Shown here piece by piece: positions 38,839 through 48,285 of a stretch of 64,000 bases of DNA (position 1 is its first letter; each line of letters begins with the position of its first letter). Under the pieces are notes generated by a model that saw nothing but the letters and a program-made list of their open reading frames with translations, did not search any database and was not told the DNA's origin. The position numbers and the translations under genes are program-made. The stretch spans positions 1,408,001 to 1,472,000 of the forward strand of contig OY729431.1 of assembly GCA_963422395.1 (NCBI GenBank), in the 5' to 3' direction. Origin of the DNA: Vicinamibacteria bacterium (lineage in GTDB: Bacteria; Acidobacteriota; Vicinamibacteria; Marinacidobacterales; Marinacidobacteraceae).

Positions 38839-39721
38839 CAGGATTCTGCTCGCCGCAGTCTTGCTTGGAGCGTTCGCTGCCGGGCTTTCTGGATGCGGCG
38901 GGAGTGCAGACGAGGAGCCGGCCCCGGTCGAACCGCCGCCGCCAGCGGAGCCCGCACCCGAACCACCGCCGCCGCCACCGGAGCCGGTCCGCACCCCGCC
39001 TTCACCGCCGGCGACCGGGAGGCTCGAGGTGAACGGCACTCCGGGCGCCGTGGTGTTTTGGGACGGTGAACGGCTCGGCGAGGCGCCGGGTGCGTGGGAC
39101 GATCTCGACGCTGGGGAATATTCGGTTCGGGTGGAAAAGGACGGCTTCCACCCTCTCGAAGTCACAATCACCATTCGGGGCGGCAGAACCCGCTCGTTGT
39201 CAGCGGAATTGACCGAAAAGCTCGGGTCCATCGTCGTCGAGAGCGATATTCCGGGTGCCATGGTCTTCCTGGATCGGACCTTCGAGGGCAACACTCCGGT
39301 CACTATCGAGGAGCTGCGCCCCGGTTCCTACACGCTGACCGTGTCAGCGGAGGGACACGAGGTGCACACCCGGCGCGTCGAAGTGGAGCGGTCTCCCGTC
39401 CCGGTGCGGGTGGAACTCGGAGAATCGGCGACGACGGCGGCGGTGGAAGTGCAGGTGACCGTGGTGCACAAGCACCGGTTCGGGTCATGCGATGGCGAAC
39501 TCGCGGCGACCGGAGACGGCTTCCACTACCGCACCGGGCACAAGGATGCCTTCGAGCTTCCGTTCGCTCGGGTCGAAGCCTTCGAACTGGACTATGTCCG
39601 GAACAACCTGCGGCTGAAGGTGCGAGGCGGGCGGACCTACAACTTCGAGTCTCCGACGGAAGACCTCGACAGCCTCTTCGTCTTCCACCGTGATGTCACA
39701 GCTCTCAAAGAATCCCAGTGA
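38825..39721 (+). CDS. PEGA-domain lipoprotein
   Basis: Lipobox LSGC, Pro-rich linker, two PEGA-like repeats. Confidence 0.8.
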   Translation: MQKADRILLAAVLLGAFAAGLSGCGGSADEEPAPVEPPPPAEPAPEPPPPPPEPVRTPPSPPATGRLEVNGTPGAVVFWDGERLGEAPGAWDDLDAGEYSVRVEKDGFHPLEVTITIRGGRTRSLSAELTEKLGSIVVESDIPGAMVFLDRTFEGNTPVTIEELRPGSYTLTVSAEGHEVHTRRVEVERSPVPVRVELGESATTAAVEVQVTVVHKHRFGSCDGELAATGDGFHYRTGHKDAFELPFARVEAFELDYVRNNLRLKVRGGRTYNFESPTEDLDSLFVFHRDVTALKESQ

Positions 39722-39993
39722 ATACCGCACAATAAAACTAAACATAATATACCTTATCGGAAGTCACTGAAAGACCTTCTCCAGACCACTTTAGAAGACA
39801 CCAAGCCTTGGTCTTCACCGCACAGCGGCCGGAGCACCGCTTTGGTCTTCCGCCGGGTAGAAGAACGACCCCCTGCTTCGCATCCCTTCGAGGGGTTGCC
39901 GTCGCAAGCCAGTGGCGGCTTGGTAGCGTGGCTGGTAATGGTGCCCGCTCGCGTCGGGGCTCGTTCCTTGGAAGCCCGTGAAGGGGTGAGAAC

Positions 39994-40458
39994 CTACGTT
40001 GCCGGCGCGCCGAATCGTTCCCGCAGCCGCGTGGTTCGGTAGGCGAAGATCCGCCGCAGGTCTGGCGCGACCAGAAAGCGGTGGACCAGCCAACCTCCCG
40101 GTGCCTGGTAGCGAACTTCGTCGGTAGCGACGACTATGGGTTTCTCGCCCTCCCGTTCCTGGACTTCGAAGCGGTGTTCGTGGATCCAGGTCCGATAGGG
40201 GCCGACCAACTGCTCGTCCACGAAGCGGTTGGGAGGATCCCAGGCAGTGATTTCACTGCGCCAGCGCAGCGGCAGACCGTGAACCCGTAACCGGTAGTCG
40301 ATCTGCGTCCCGATGGCCATCGGGATCTCGCCCTCGTTGGTCACCCGAAAACGGAGCCATGGGGGGGTGAGTTCTTGCAGATTCCTGGCATCCGCGAAGA
40401 AGCGGAAGATGTCGTCGAGGGGAGCGGCCAAGTCGATGGAACATCGAAAGACAGGCAT
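39994..40458 (-). CDS. SRPBCC family protein
   Basis: FFADARNLQELTPPW, FVDEQLVGPY..W.HEHRF. Confidence 0.9.
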   Translation of the reverse strand: MPVFRCSIDLAAPLDDIFRFFADARNLQELTPPWLRFRVTNEGEIPMAIGTQIDYRLRVHGLPLRWRSEITAWDPPNRFVDEQLVGPYRTWIHEHRFEVQEREGEKPIVVATDEVRYQAPGGWLVHRFLVAPDLRRIFAYRTTRLRERFGAPAT

Positions 40459-40725
40459 CGTTATCCTGATGGTAACCTTCGTTCGTTACCTCCTCTTTCG
40501 ACGCGCTGACCGGGCGGTGCCAGATCTGCGGCCGCCCAACCCGCCGTCCCTCGGAACGAAGTCCCAGCCCACAGCGGCGGGCATGAGGCAACTACCGTAA
40601 TGGCGCAAGACCGCGCAGTCTCGGCGGAGGCTCGAATCCCCGGCATCGACTACGAACCGGACCGGAATGGGAAGGAAAACGGCGAACGGCAGAAGAGCGG
40701 TTCATCGACACCTGCGTCCTATTCG

Positions 40726-41043
40726 ATGCTCGAGCCGCGCATGAAGTCGATCTACGGCCAGTTCTACAAGGAGACCTACTTTTCGGACGACCGCCACCTG
40801 GACCCGAAAGTCCAGGAACTGATCGCGCTCGCCTGTTCGCTCGTCGCCAAGTGCGAAGGGTGTCTCGACGGTCATGTGAAAAAGGCGATCAAGGCCGGCG
40901 CCACCAGGGAAGAGATCAGCGAGGCCATCGTGATCGCCATCGGTATCAACGCCGCGGCGATCGTGGATCAGACGGACCGCACGGCGGCCCGCCTCGGTCT
41001 GAACCACTTCCCGGCAGCGCTGCGCCCGCCGCGCGCCAAGTAG
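40726..41043 (+). CDS. Carboxymuconolactone decarboxylase/AhpD-like protein
   Basis: LDPKVQELIALACS...CEGCLDGH...GATREEISEA. Confidence 0.9.
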   Translation: MLEPRMKSIYGQFYKETYFSDDRHLDPKVQELIALACSLVAKCEGCLDGHVKKAIKAGATREEISEAIVIAIGINAAAIVDQTDRTAARLGLNHFPAALRPPRAK

Positions 41044-41062
41044 TCCCCTTCCCTCTCCGGCT

Positions 41063-41274
41063 CTAGCAGCCTGTGGACAAAGTCACACGGCCAAAGGCCG
41101 GAGATGCCCAGTTCTCCCGGTGGGGGCCCCGGCTGAACCGCCCCGTTTCACGGCGCTCGGCGTTGCGATTCCGTCGGAATACACCCGGCATGCCTCCCGA
41201 ATCGCGCCTTGTCCGCCGGGCGCCTCCCCGATCTTGGGGCTCGCGTGAACAACCTATCGCAAGGTCACAGCTAG
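41063..41274 (-). mobile_element. MITE-like repeat, copy 5
   Basis: Bounded by CTAG at both ends; ctagcagcctgtggacaaagtcacacgg matches the end of copy 1; shared core. Confidence 0.85.
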
Positions 41275-41344
41275 TATCCGAAACAGGGGTCCGCAGACTC
41301 TAGTTTTCGGACTTTCTCCGTCGAGGGTCGAGGCCGGCCGCGGC

Positions 41345-42445
41345 TCAGTCCGGCCCGAACACCCCGTCGGCAGCCTGTTTCGGATCGGGCGGCGCGCTCT
41401 GTCGGGAACGGAGCGCTTCCGCTTCGGCAGCCTGCACCTCTTCCCCGACATCCGCTTCGACCGCGTCCAGAACCGTCTCGGAAACTGGCGGAAAATCCTC
41501 TCCGCCGTACCGCAGGAACGCGCGATAGAGGCGGACAGGATCCCGCCTGCCGTAGTGCTCGAAGAGCTTCGGGGAAAGGATCTTCCGACTCTCGCCCTCG
41601 TCGTGGGTAGCGTGTCCGCCCATGCGGAAAGTATCGGCGAGAACCAGCGAGGGGCCTGACGAATCGAGCGCCTCGCGGCGCGCCAGGACGGTCGCAGCGA
41701 ACATGTCGAGGACATTGTTGCCGTCCGCCGGATAGGCCGGTGTGCCGTACGCAGCGCTCAGAGATCGAATTCGGGCTGCGGCCCGCTCGTCGAGCGGAGT
41801 TCCGAGCGCGATGCGGTTGTTCTGGACGACCACGACGAGGGGCACCCGCAGCGCGGCGGCAGAAGTCAGCCCCTCGTGGAATCCCGCGGTTCCGGTGGTT
41901 CCGTCTCCCGCCCAGGTGAGCGCCACCCGCTCCTCCCGGCGCAGTCGGAAGGCGAGCGCCATGCCGGCGCATACCGCAACGAGCGAACCCACCATGCTGA
42001 TCGGGGCTACGACCCCCCTCTCCGCATCCCCGAAGTGGAGATCACGCCCGCGTGCCGGGCCGTCCCCGGTCCCGAGCGCACCGCGGAACAGCTCGGCGAG
42101 CGGCATCCCGCGTTCGTGGCAGGCGCCGATATTCCGAATCATCGGTCCCACCACATCGTCCGGGCCGAGGGCGTGGCAGGCTCCCACCGTGACGGCCTCC
42201 TCGCCGACGCCGAGCCAGGCCTTGGAAAGCACCCCAGACCGCACCCAGCGCTTCAGCTGGAGATCGTGGAGACGGTTCCGGACCAGGCCCGCGTAGAGAC
42301 GCAGCCGGCGCTCTTCATCGAGCGAGCGAACGACCCGCAAACGTTCCGGATCTCGGGCCAGCGTCCGGGCAAACTCCTGGAGGAGCTCCGGGCGCTCGCG
42401 CCAATCGAGGTATTCCGGTGGGTCGAGTCCGAGGACCGCGTTCAC
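41345..42445 (-). CDS. TPP-dependent 2-oxoacid dehydrogenase E1 alpha-like protein
   Basis: GEEA, GDGTT...QNN, DGNN, RMGGHATHD. Confidence 0.88.
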   Translation of the reverse strand: MNAVLGLDPPEYLDWRERPELLQEFARTLARDPERLRVVRSLDEERRLRLYAGLVRNRLHDLQLKRWVRSGVLSKAWLGVGEEAVTVGACHALGPDDVVGPMIRNIGACHERGMPLAELFRGALGTGDGPARGRDLHFGDAERGVVAPISMVGSLVAVCAGMALAFRLRREERVALTWAGDGTTGTAGFHEGLTSAAALRVPLVVVVQNNRIALGTPLDERAAARIRSLSAAYGTPAYPADGNNVLDMFAATVLARREALDSSGPSLVLADTFRMGGHATHDEGESRKILSPKLFEHYGRRDPVRLYRAFLRYGGEDFPPVSETVLDAVEADVGEEVQAAEAEALRSRQSAPPDPKQAADGVFGPD

Positions 42446-42456
42446 GGCCGCGGCTG

Positions 42457-43977
42457 CTAACTAGCCGTGCCGACCCAGCGCACGAGTTCGGCGGCGACCC
42501 GGTTTTCGACGGCGTCGGCGTTCCACTGGTTGCGAAGACCGTTCGTGATCACCGAAAACCCGAGCGCCGGGCCCGCGCCGGCGCTCGGAAACGCGACCCC
42601 GGAAAGAGAACTCACCCCGGACAGACTGCCGGTCTTGGCGATCACCCGCCCCAGGGTCTCTTCTCCCCGAAGCCGCCGCGCCAGCGTGCCGTCCACTCCC
42701 GACACCGCGAGCGAACAGAGGAAATCGGAGCGTAGCTCCGGCTGACCGTAGAGATCGCGGACGACAGCTACCAGCAGCCGGGCGGTGAGCGTGTTCTGGC
42801 GGGAAAGGCCGGAGCCGTCAGCGATCCGGAAGTCTTCCGCCCGGAAACCGAGTCCCACCAGGTACTCCTCGATCGCTCTGGCTCCCTTGCGGACACTGCC
42901 CGGAGGCCCCCAGCGGTGCGCTCCGACTGCGTAGAAGAGCTGCTCCGCCGACCAGTTGTTGCTGTACTTACCCAGCGCTTCCACCACCTGAGTGAGCGGG
43001 GCGGATTCATGGAGGTAGAGCAGCACCCTCCGGGGCGCCTCGGCCATCGTCGCGCGCCGCGGTTCGCCCAACACCCGAACTCCGCGCTCGACGAGTTTTC
43101 CGCGGAGTGCGTGGCCGAAATAGAGCGCGGGCTCGGTCGCGGTGAGCCGGGCCACTCTTTCGCCGCCGCTTCGCAGGATCCGCCCCTGAAGCTGCACCCG
43201 CCCGCCCGCCCGCCGCTGGGCCAGGATGTAGGGGCGTCCGGAGTTGCGAAGGACCATCCGATTCTGGACCTCGTAGTACCCGTAACCCTCGTCGCGCACC
43301 TGGGGCCGATTCCCCTCGCCCGGGACTCCGGCCAGCTCCACCTGGTTCCACTGGTAGCCGAGCGCGCTCTGGATCGGCTCCCGATAGCGAATCCGCCGCC
43401 GGACGAGCTGCGGGTCGGTTTCCTGGGGTTCGAAGAAGGAGTCGTCCAGGAGCACATCGCCCCGGATCTCGGTGATCCCGAAGGCCGCCAGCGAGTCGGC
43501 GATGTAGTCCAGATCGTGTCGATTCAGGCTCGGGTCGCCGCTTCCCACCACTTGAACCGGCCCTTCGATCACTCCGGCGCCGGTCGGCGGAGCGTCCACC
43601 AAGAGCCGGGTCGGAAAGCGGTAACTCGGCCCCAAGTAATGGAGGCAAGCGGCCAGCACCGGCAGCTTCATCCCCGAGGCCGGGACGAAGCCGCGGTCGG
43701 CGTTGTGGCTGAAGAGCGGCGACCGGCTGTCGAGGTGCTCTACATGGATGCCGATGGCGCGCTGAAGCCCGAAGCGGCGGCGGACCGAGTGGAGGCGCTT
43801 CTCGAGATCTTCGATCGAGCCCTCGGAAAACGGTGTTCCCGCCCGCGCTCCGGCCCGAGCGGGCCCGGCGAAGGCGAGCCCGGCGGCAGCGCCCGCGAGG
43901 CGGAGAGCCCGCCGCCGGGTGAGCCGCCAGTCGGCGTCAGGATGCCGCGGACGAGGTGCGACCGGTTCCATTCCCAT
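42457..43977 (-). CDS. dacB: D-Ala-D-Ala carboxypeptidase/endopeptidase (PBP4, S13)
   Basis: Tat-like TRRRAL; PASGMK, SNN, DGSGLSR, KTGSL. Confidence 0.92.
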   Translation of the reverse strand: MGMEPVAPRPRHPDADWRLTRRRALRLAGAAAGLAFAGPARAGARAGTPFSEGSIEDLEKRLHSVRRRFGLQRAIGIHVEHLDSRSPLFSHNADRGFVPASGMKLPVLAACLHYLGPSYRFPTRLLVDAPPTGAGVIEGPVQVVGSGDPSLNRHDLDYIADSLAAFGITEIRGDVLLDDSFFEPQETDPQLVRRRIRYREPIQSALGYQWNQVELAGVPGEGNRPQVRDEGYGYYEVQNRMVLRNSGRPYILAQRRAGGRVQLQGRILRSGGERVARLTATEPALYFGHALRGKLVERGVRVLGEPRRATMAEAPRRVLLYLHESAPLTQVVEALGKYSNNWSAEQLFYAVGAHRWGPPGSVRKGARAIEEYLVGLGFRAEDFRIADGSGLSRQNTLTARLLVAVVRDLYGQPELRSDFLCSLAVSGVDGTLARRLRGEETLGRVIAKTGSLSGVSSLSGVAFPSAGAGPALGFSVITNGLRNQWNADAVENRVAAELVRWVGTAS

Positions 43978-44226
43978 CGAATCGGCCTCACCGGCGGCGG
44001 GGATCGTCCCGACGAAGGCGTCTTTCCCGTGCACTCCCAGCATCGAAGTTCCCTGCCCCATGACGAAAACTCTGCCGACTGCGGGCGCGATTCTTCCGAG
44101 CAGTGCCCCGATGAATCCCCCGCAGCAGCACGGAGCGGAAGGATACCCGGAAAACGGACGCTCCGGCGAGCACCTCCGGACCCCCGGCGAGTGGCCGATA
44201 GAATGCGAAAGGAGGGGGTTCGGGTG

Positions 44227-44550
44227 ATGACGAAGCGAACGAAACCGGTATCCATGACCCGTCGCCTGACCCGCCGGCAGCTGCTGGGCAGCGCGGCTGC
44301 GGCGCCGCTGGTACTCGCAGGCTGCGGCGAGCCGGCCGCGGATGATGGACCAACGCTCGCTGCCCTCGAACAGGTGAACCGCCTGACCAACCGACCGCTG
44401 TCTTCCGACCGGCTCTCCGCCATCCTTCCCGCAGTCCGAAGGAACCACGCCTTCTTCCGTACGGTCCGGGAACTCGGGATCTCGGACTTCACGGAACCGG
44501 CTGTCCGTTTCGTGGTCCAGGTGCCGACGCCGCAGGGAGAAGGTTCGTGA
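44227..44550 (+). CDS. Small Tat lipoprotein (GatC-like amidase partner)
   Basis: TRRQLLG...LAGC; C-terminal EPAVRF; overlaps the amidase start. Confidence 0.6.
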   Translation: MTKRTKPVSMTRRLTRRQLLGSAAAAPLVLAGCGEPAADDGPTLAALEQVNRLTNRPLSSDRLSAILPAVRRNHAFFRTVRELGISDFTEPAVRFVVQVPTPQGEGS

Positions 44551-45971
44551 TCCCGGAACTCTGTCGGCTGAGCGCCCGCGCGCTCTCCGAACGAATCCGA
44601 CGCCGCGAGCTGTCTCCGGTCGAAGTCGTGGAAGCCCACCTCTCCCATATCGAAGCCACCGACCCGGCGCTGAACGCTTTCATCACGGTGACCGCGGACC
44701 TCGCCCGCGAGCGGGCTCGCGAAGCCGAAGCCGAAATCGCCGGTGGTGGTTGGCGTGGGCCGCTCCACGGCATCCCCTACGCCCCGAAAGACATCCTCGC
44801 CACTGCGGGAATTCTCACCACGAACGGCTCGAAGGCCACCGCCGACTGGGTCCCCGAGCACGAATCCACGATCACCGCTCGGCTGAACGCCGCCGGGGCG
44901 ATCCTCCTCGGCAAACTGAATCTGCTCGAGTTCGCCATGGGAAGCGGAGTACTCTCGGGATTCGGCCCTGCGCGCAACCCGTGGGCGACCGATTACTCCC
45001 CTTCGGGGTCGTCGTCCGGGTCGGGGGCGGCGCTGGCCGCCCGCATGGTTCCCCTCTCCATCGGCACCGATACCGGCGGCTCCATCCGGGGGCCTGCTGC
45101 CGCCTGCGGCATCGTCGGCCTGAAACAGACTTACGGGCGGGTCAGCCGATTCGGCGTCACCACTCTCAGCTGGACCCTCGACCACGCGGGGCCGATGACC
45201 CGGACCGTCTGGGACGCGGCGGCGATGCTGGGGGTGATCGCCGGCGCCGACCCGCGCGACCCGGGAACCGCCGCCAGAGATGTCCCCGACTACCTCGAGG
45301 GGCTGACCCCTGAGGTCTCCGGCCTGCGGATCGGGGTTCCCACGGCTGGATTCTTCGAATCGGCGACACCGGAAGTCGGGGAGGCGGTGCATGCCGCCAT
45401 CGGCCTGTTGGCCGCGGACGGCGCGGAGGTGGTGGAGGTCTCGGTTCCGCACGCCCACCTCGCCGGAAGCGCCGGCTGGATCGTGGCGATGGCGGAGGCG
45501 GCCGCCTTCCACGAGAAACGGCTCGCCGAGCAGCCGGAGGACCTCGACCCGCTGGTTCGCGAGCGGCTCGAAGTGGCGAAGTTCTATCCCGCTACCGATT
45601 ACCTCAAGGCACTCCGGGTGCGGACGATGCTGCAGCAGGAGATGGCTCAGGTCTTCGGCGAGTGCGAGGTGATGATCGTGCCGAGTTCGCTAGCGCCGGC
45701 CGCTCCGCTCCGCTCGGAAGAAGCTGCGAGGAGCGATGTCGCCCCCGGAGCCGACCCCGACCAGACGACGAGCCGCCCGGGGAATACCTTCCTCGGGAAC
45801 ATGACGGGGTATCCGGCGCTCACGATGGGGTGCGGGTTTTCCGACGAGCCGCCGAAGCGGCCGCTGGCACTCCAGATCTACGGCCCGCCTTTTTCCGAGG
45901 CCCGACTGCTCCAGGTCGCCCACGCCTACCAGGCGCGGACGAGCTGGCACGAAGAGCTGCCTCCGATCTGA
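44547..45971 (+). CDS. Amidase-signature family amidase
   Basis: GPLHGIPYAPKD, SGSSSGSG, GTDTGGSIRGPA. Confidence 0.92.
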   Translation: MIPELCRLSARALSERIRRRELSPVEVVEAHLSHIEATDPALNAFITVTADLARERAREAEAEIAGGGWRGPLHGIPYAPKDILATAGILTTNGSKATADWVPEHESTITARLNAAGAILLGKLNLLEFAMGSGVLSGFGPARNPWATDYSPSGSSSGSGAALAARMVPLSIGTDTGGSIRGPAAACGIVGLKQTYGRVSRFGVTTLSWTLDHAGPMTRTVWDAAAMLGVIAGADPRDPGTAARDVPDYLEGLTPEVSGLRIGVPTAGFFESATPEVGEAVHAAIGLLAADGAEVVEVSVPHAHLAGSAGWIVAMAEAAAFHEKRLAEQPEDLDPLVRERLEVAKFYPATDYLKALRVRTMLQQEMAQVFGECEVMIVPSSLAPAAPLRSEEAARSDVAPGADPDQTTSRPGNTFLGNMTGYPALTMGCGFSDEPPKRPLALQIYGPPFSEARLLQVAHAYQARTSWHEELPPI

Positions 45972-46002
45972 CGCCCACTGACACCCAGCCGGCAGCGTGC
46001 TG

Positions 46003-47661
46003 TTACGGTGTGATTCCGCAGCCGGACGGGTCGCAAACGACCATCGGTTCACTCGGGCAGCCGCCGGAGCTCGAGCGCAGCCGCAGGCCAGCCCGCGCCG
46101 ATTCCGGCCAGGCGAGTTCCAGGGAATGGCGCACCACCGATCCCTCGCGCTCGATCTTCCATTCGGCGATGCTCAGGTCCAGCCACTCGGATCCGGTGCG
46201 CGGCGGATTCACATAGACGATCCGCTCCCGCCAGCGGGGTTTGATCCAGCTCCGGTACATGCCGGTCCAGTCGAAGACCACATCCTCGGATCCGGCCCCC
46301 CACTCCATGACGAGCTCGGTGGTGAGCCAGATGTCCCCGGCGAGGCCCTCATCGGGTATCGCTGCCGCGCGGGGGCCATCCGCCGGGTAGGGACGCTCGG
46401 CGCGGACGCGGATATCCGGACACGGAACGCCCCAGGTGTCGGTGATCGAAGAGCGCGGTTTCCGGCTCGCTCCGCCCGAGTCCGGCGGGGGCCTGCCCGT
46501 GCGGCCGATCCGCATCGGGATCGCCATCCCGCCGCCGGCAGCTCCTGCCTCCACTCGGACGAGACGGCCCCGCAGGGTGTCGTCCAGGTCCAGCGGAGCG
46601 CCGTTGAACATCAGCAGAGAATGGGCCTGGGGGATCACGATGTTGTGTGCCCAGAGGGTGTAGTCCCCCGGTTGCAACCCCTCGATCAGGAACCTGCCGC
46701 CCTCGTCGCTGAACGCGCCGACGCGGTCCCGCTGCGCATCACCTTTCGCCGGGAGCGCCCAGACATGGACCCACGCCGCCGGTTCGGCGCCGAGAATGAG
46801 GGTTCCGGAGATGCTCCCGGCTTTCGCCTGCCACCCGGCAGCGGGGCGCAGCAGCGAGGCGCCCACGACATCGTCGTCGGCGAGGTCGGTGGGAGCCGAC
46901 TGGACCACTCCGTACGACATGGCCGGATCTCCGGGATGGACCCGCGAGAAGGATGCCGCGTCCTGCTGCTGCCGCCCGGTGATGGAGACCGCGCCCGCAT
47001 GAGCGAGTCCGAGACAATGGCCGAACTCGTGGACGAGGACATATACCGCCTCATCGCGGAACCGGCCGCGGAATTCGTCGAGCGCTTCCGGAGGGACCCA
47101 GCTCGGCGGCTCGGCGGCCCAGCTGCCGAGGGCGATGTCGCATTCCGTCATCTCCCAGAGTCCGCCGGAGCTGTCCCGCTCGCTCCAGAGCGCGGCGTAT
47201 CCCCCCGCGGGGGATTCGGCGTCGATGAAGATCGAGTTGCGCTCATCCTCGATCTCGATTTCGTCGATCTCTCTGCCGACCCCTTCGAGCTTCCAGGAGA
47301 TGTCCGCCGTTCCGATCTCCATCCAGGCGGTCATCGCGCTCTCGATGTAGGGGAGCGCCTCCGCGGTGTCCTCGAACAACCACGCTTCGAAGTCCGGGTC
47401 CGGAGCGACTTCCCAGGCGAGCGTTTCGCCGGGCCCCCAGCGGTCGGGAGACCACCGGAGCGCGTCGGCGGCCGGGACGAGCCGCCAGGACGACAAGGGT
47501 TCATCCTCCCCTTTCCGATCGAAGAACCGATAGGCCTCGGCCGGTCCCAGGGCGCAGAGCAGAGAGATCAGCGCGCCGCCCGCCGCGACTCGTCGGAGGC
47601 GGGGTCTCGAGGGAAGCGGCTCGGATGGCCTCGCCCTGCGGGTCGTTTCCTGCTCGTTCAT
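46003..47661 (-). CDS. Secreted matrixin-like (M10) metalloprotease with C-terminal domains
   Basis: Signal peptide; HEFGHCLGLAH; Met-turn PAMSY; carboxypeptidase-regulatory-like domain (FLIEGLQPGDY). Confidence 0.85.
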   Translation of the reverse strand: MNEQETTRRARPSEPLPSRPRLRRVAAGGALISLLCALGPAEAYRFFDRKGEDEPLSSWRLVPAADALRWSPDRWGPGETLAWEVAPDPDFEAWLFEDTAEALPYIESAMTAWMEIGTADISWKLEGVGREIDEIEIEDERNSIFIDAESPAGGYAALWSERDSSGGLWEMTECDIALGSWAAEPPSWVPPEALDEFRGRFRDEAVYVLVHEFGHCLGLAHAGAVSITGRQQQDAASFSRVHPGDPAMSYGVVQSAPTDLADDDVVGASLLRPAAGWQAKAGSISGTLILGAEPAAWVHVWALPAKGDAQRDRVGAFSDEGGRFLIEGLQPGDYTLWAHNIVIPQAHSLLMFNGAPLDLDDTLRGRLVRVEAGAAGGGMAIPMRIGRTGRPPPDSGGASRKPRSSITDTWGVPCPDIRVRAERPYPADGPRAAAIPDEGLAGDIWLTTELVMEWGAGSEDVVFDWTGMYRSWIKPRWRERIVYVNPPRTGSEWLDLSIAEWKIEREGSVVRHSLELAWPESARAGLRLRSSSGGCPSEPMVVCDPSGCGITP

Positions 47662-47745
47662 TCGCTTTCTCCGAAGTTGGAACACGGTTTTCTCGAGTCT
47701 GCTGCCCGGCATCCCGGAATCCGGTCGTCGTTTCGCAGATCCAAG

Positions 47746-48285
47746 CTATGGCCTCAGTTCACAGCCGGTCGCGCCGCAGGCGAGCGACGGGCGGTCGCAG
47801 GCGGCCGCGGCGGCCCGGAAGTACAGGCCGACTTCGCGGAAAGGAGGCCAGCGAAGATCCAGGGTGTGCCGAGTTCCGCGGTTCGTGGTCTCCACCCTCC
47901 ACTCGGCGATGCTCATTTCCAGCATCGGCAGATCCCGCCCGTCGTCCTCGTCGGGATAGAGATCGAAGTACGGCTCCGACCAGTCGAAGCTGCCGACGGA
48001 TCCCTTCTCCCATTCGATGATCAGGGCCGCCCCGGCGAGCGAGGCTCCGCGATCGGTCGGCTCGCCGCGGACCTCGACTCCGGGACAGGGGCTGCCGATC
48101 AGCGGTGGGGCTGGGGGAGGCGGCGGCGGTATCCCTGCCCGCGGGATGGCCGGCGAGCCGCCTCCACAGGACGAGGCGGTCCAGCAGCACATCAGCAGGA
48201 CGAACCCCCGGAAGACGGTTGTCGGGAACACCCTCGGAATCGGACTGCTGGCCGTCTCCGGTTCCGGCGTCGTTCCCGGCGTCAT
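47746..48285 (-). CDS. Predicted lipoprotein homologous to the metalloprotease C-terminal domain
   Basis: ASSC lipobox-like; shares PCP...EW...FDW...SIAEW...RH.L.L.WP...GC with 46003-47661. Confidence 0.7.
   Translation of the reverse strand: MTPGTTPEPETASSPIPRVFPTTVFRGFVLLMCCWTASSCGGGSPAIPRAGIPPPPPPAPPLIGSPCPGVEVRGEPTDRGASLAGAALIIEWEKGSVGSFDWSEPYFDLYPDEDDGRDLPMLEMSIAEWRVETTNRGTRHTLDLRWPPFREVGLYFRAAAAACDRPSLACGATGCELRP

Noticed and set aside
39722-39993. AT-rich intergenic patch
   Set aside because: No ORF, repeat or RNA motif that I can support.
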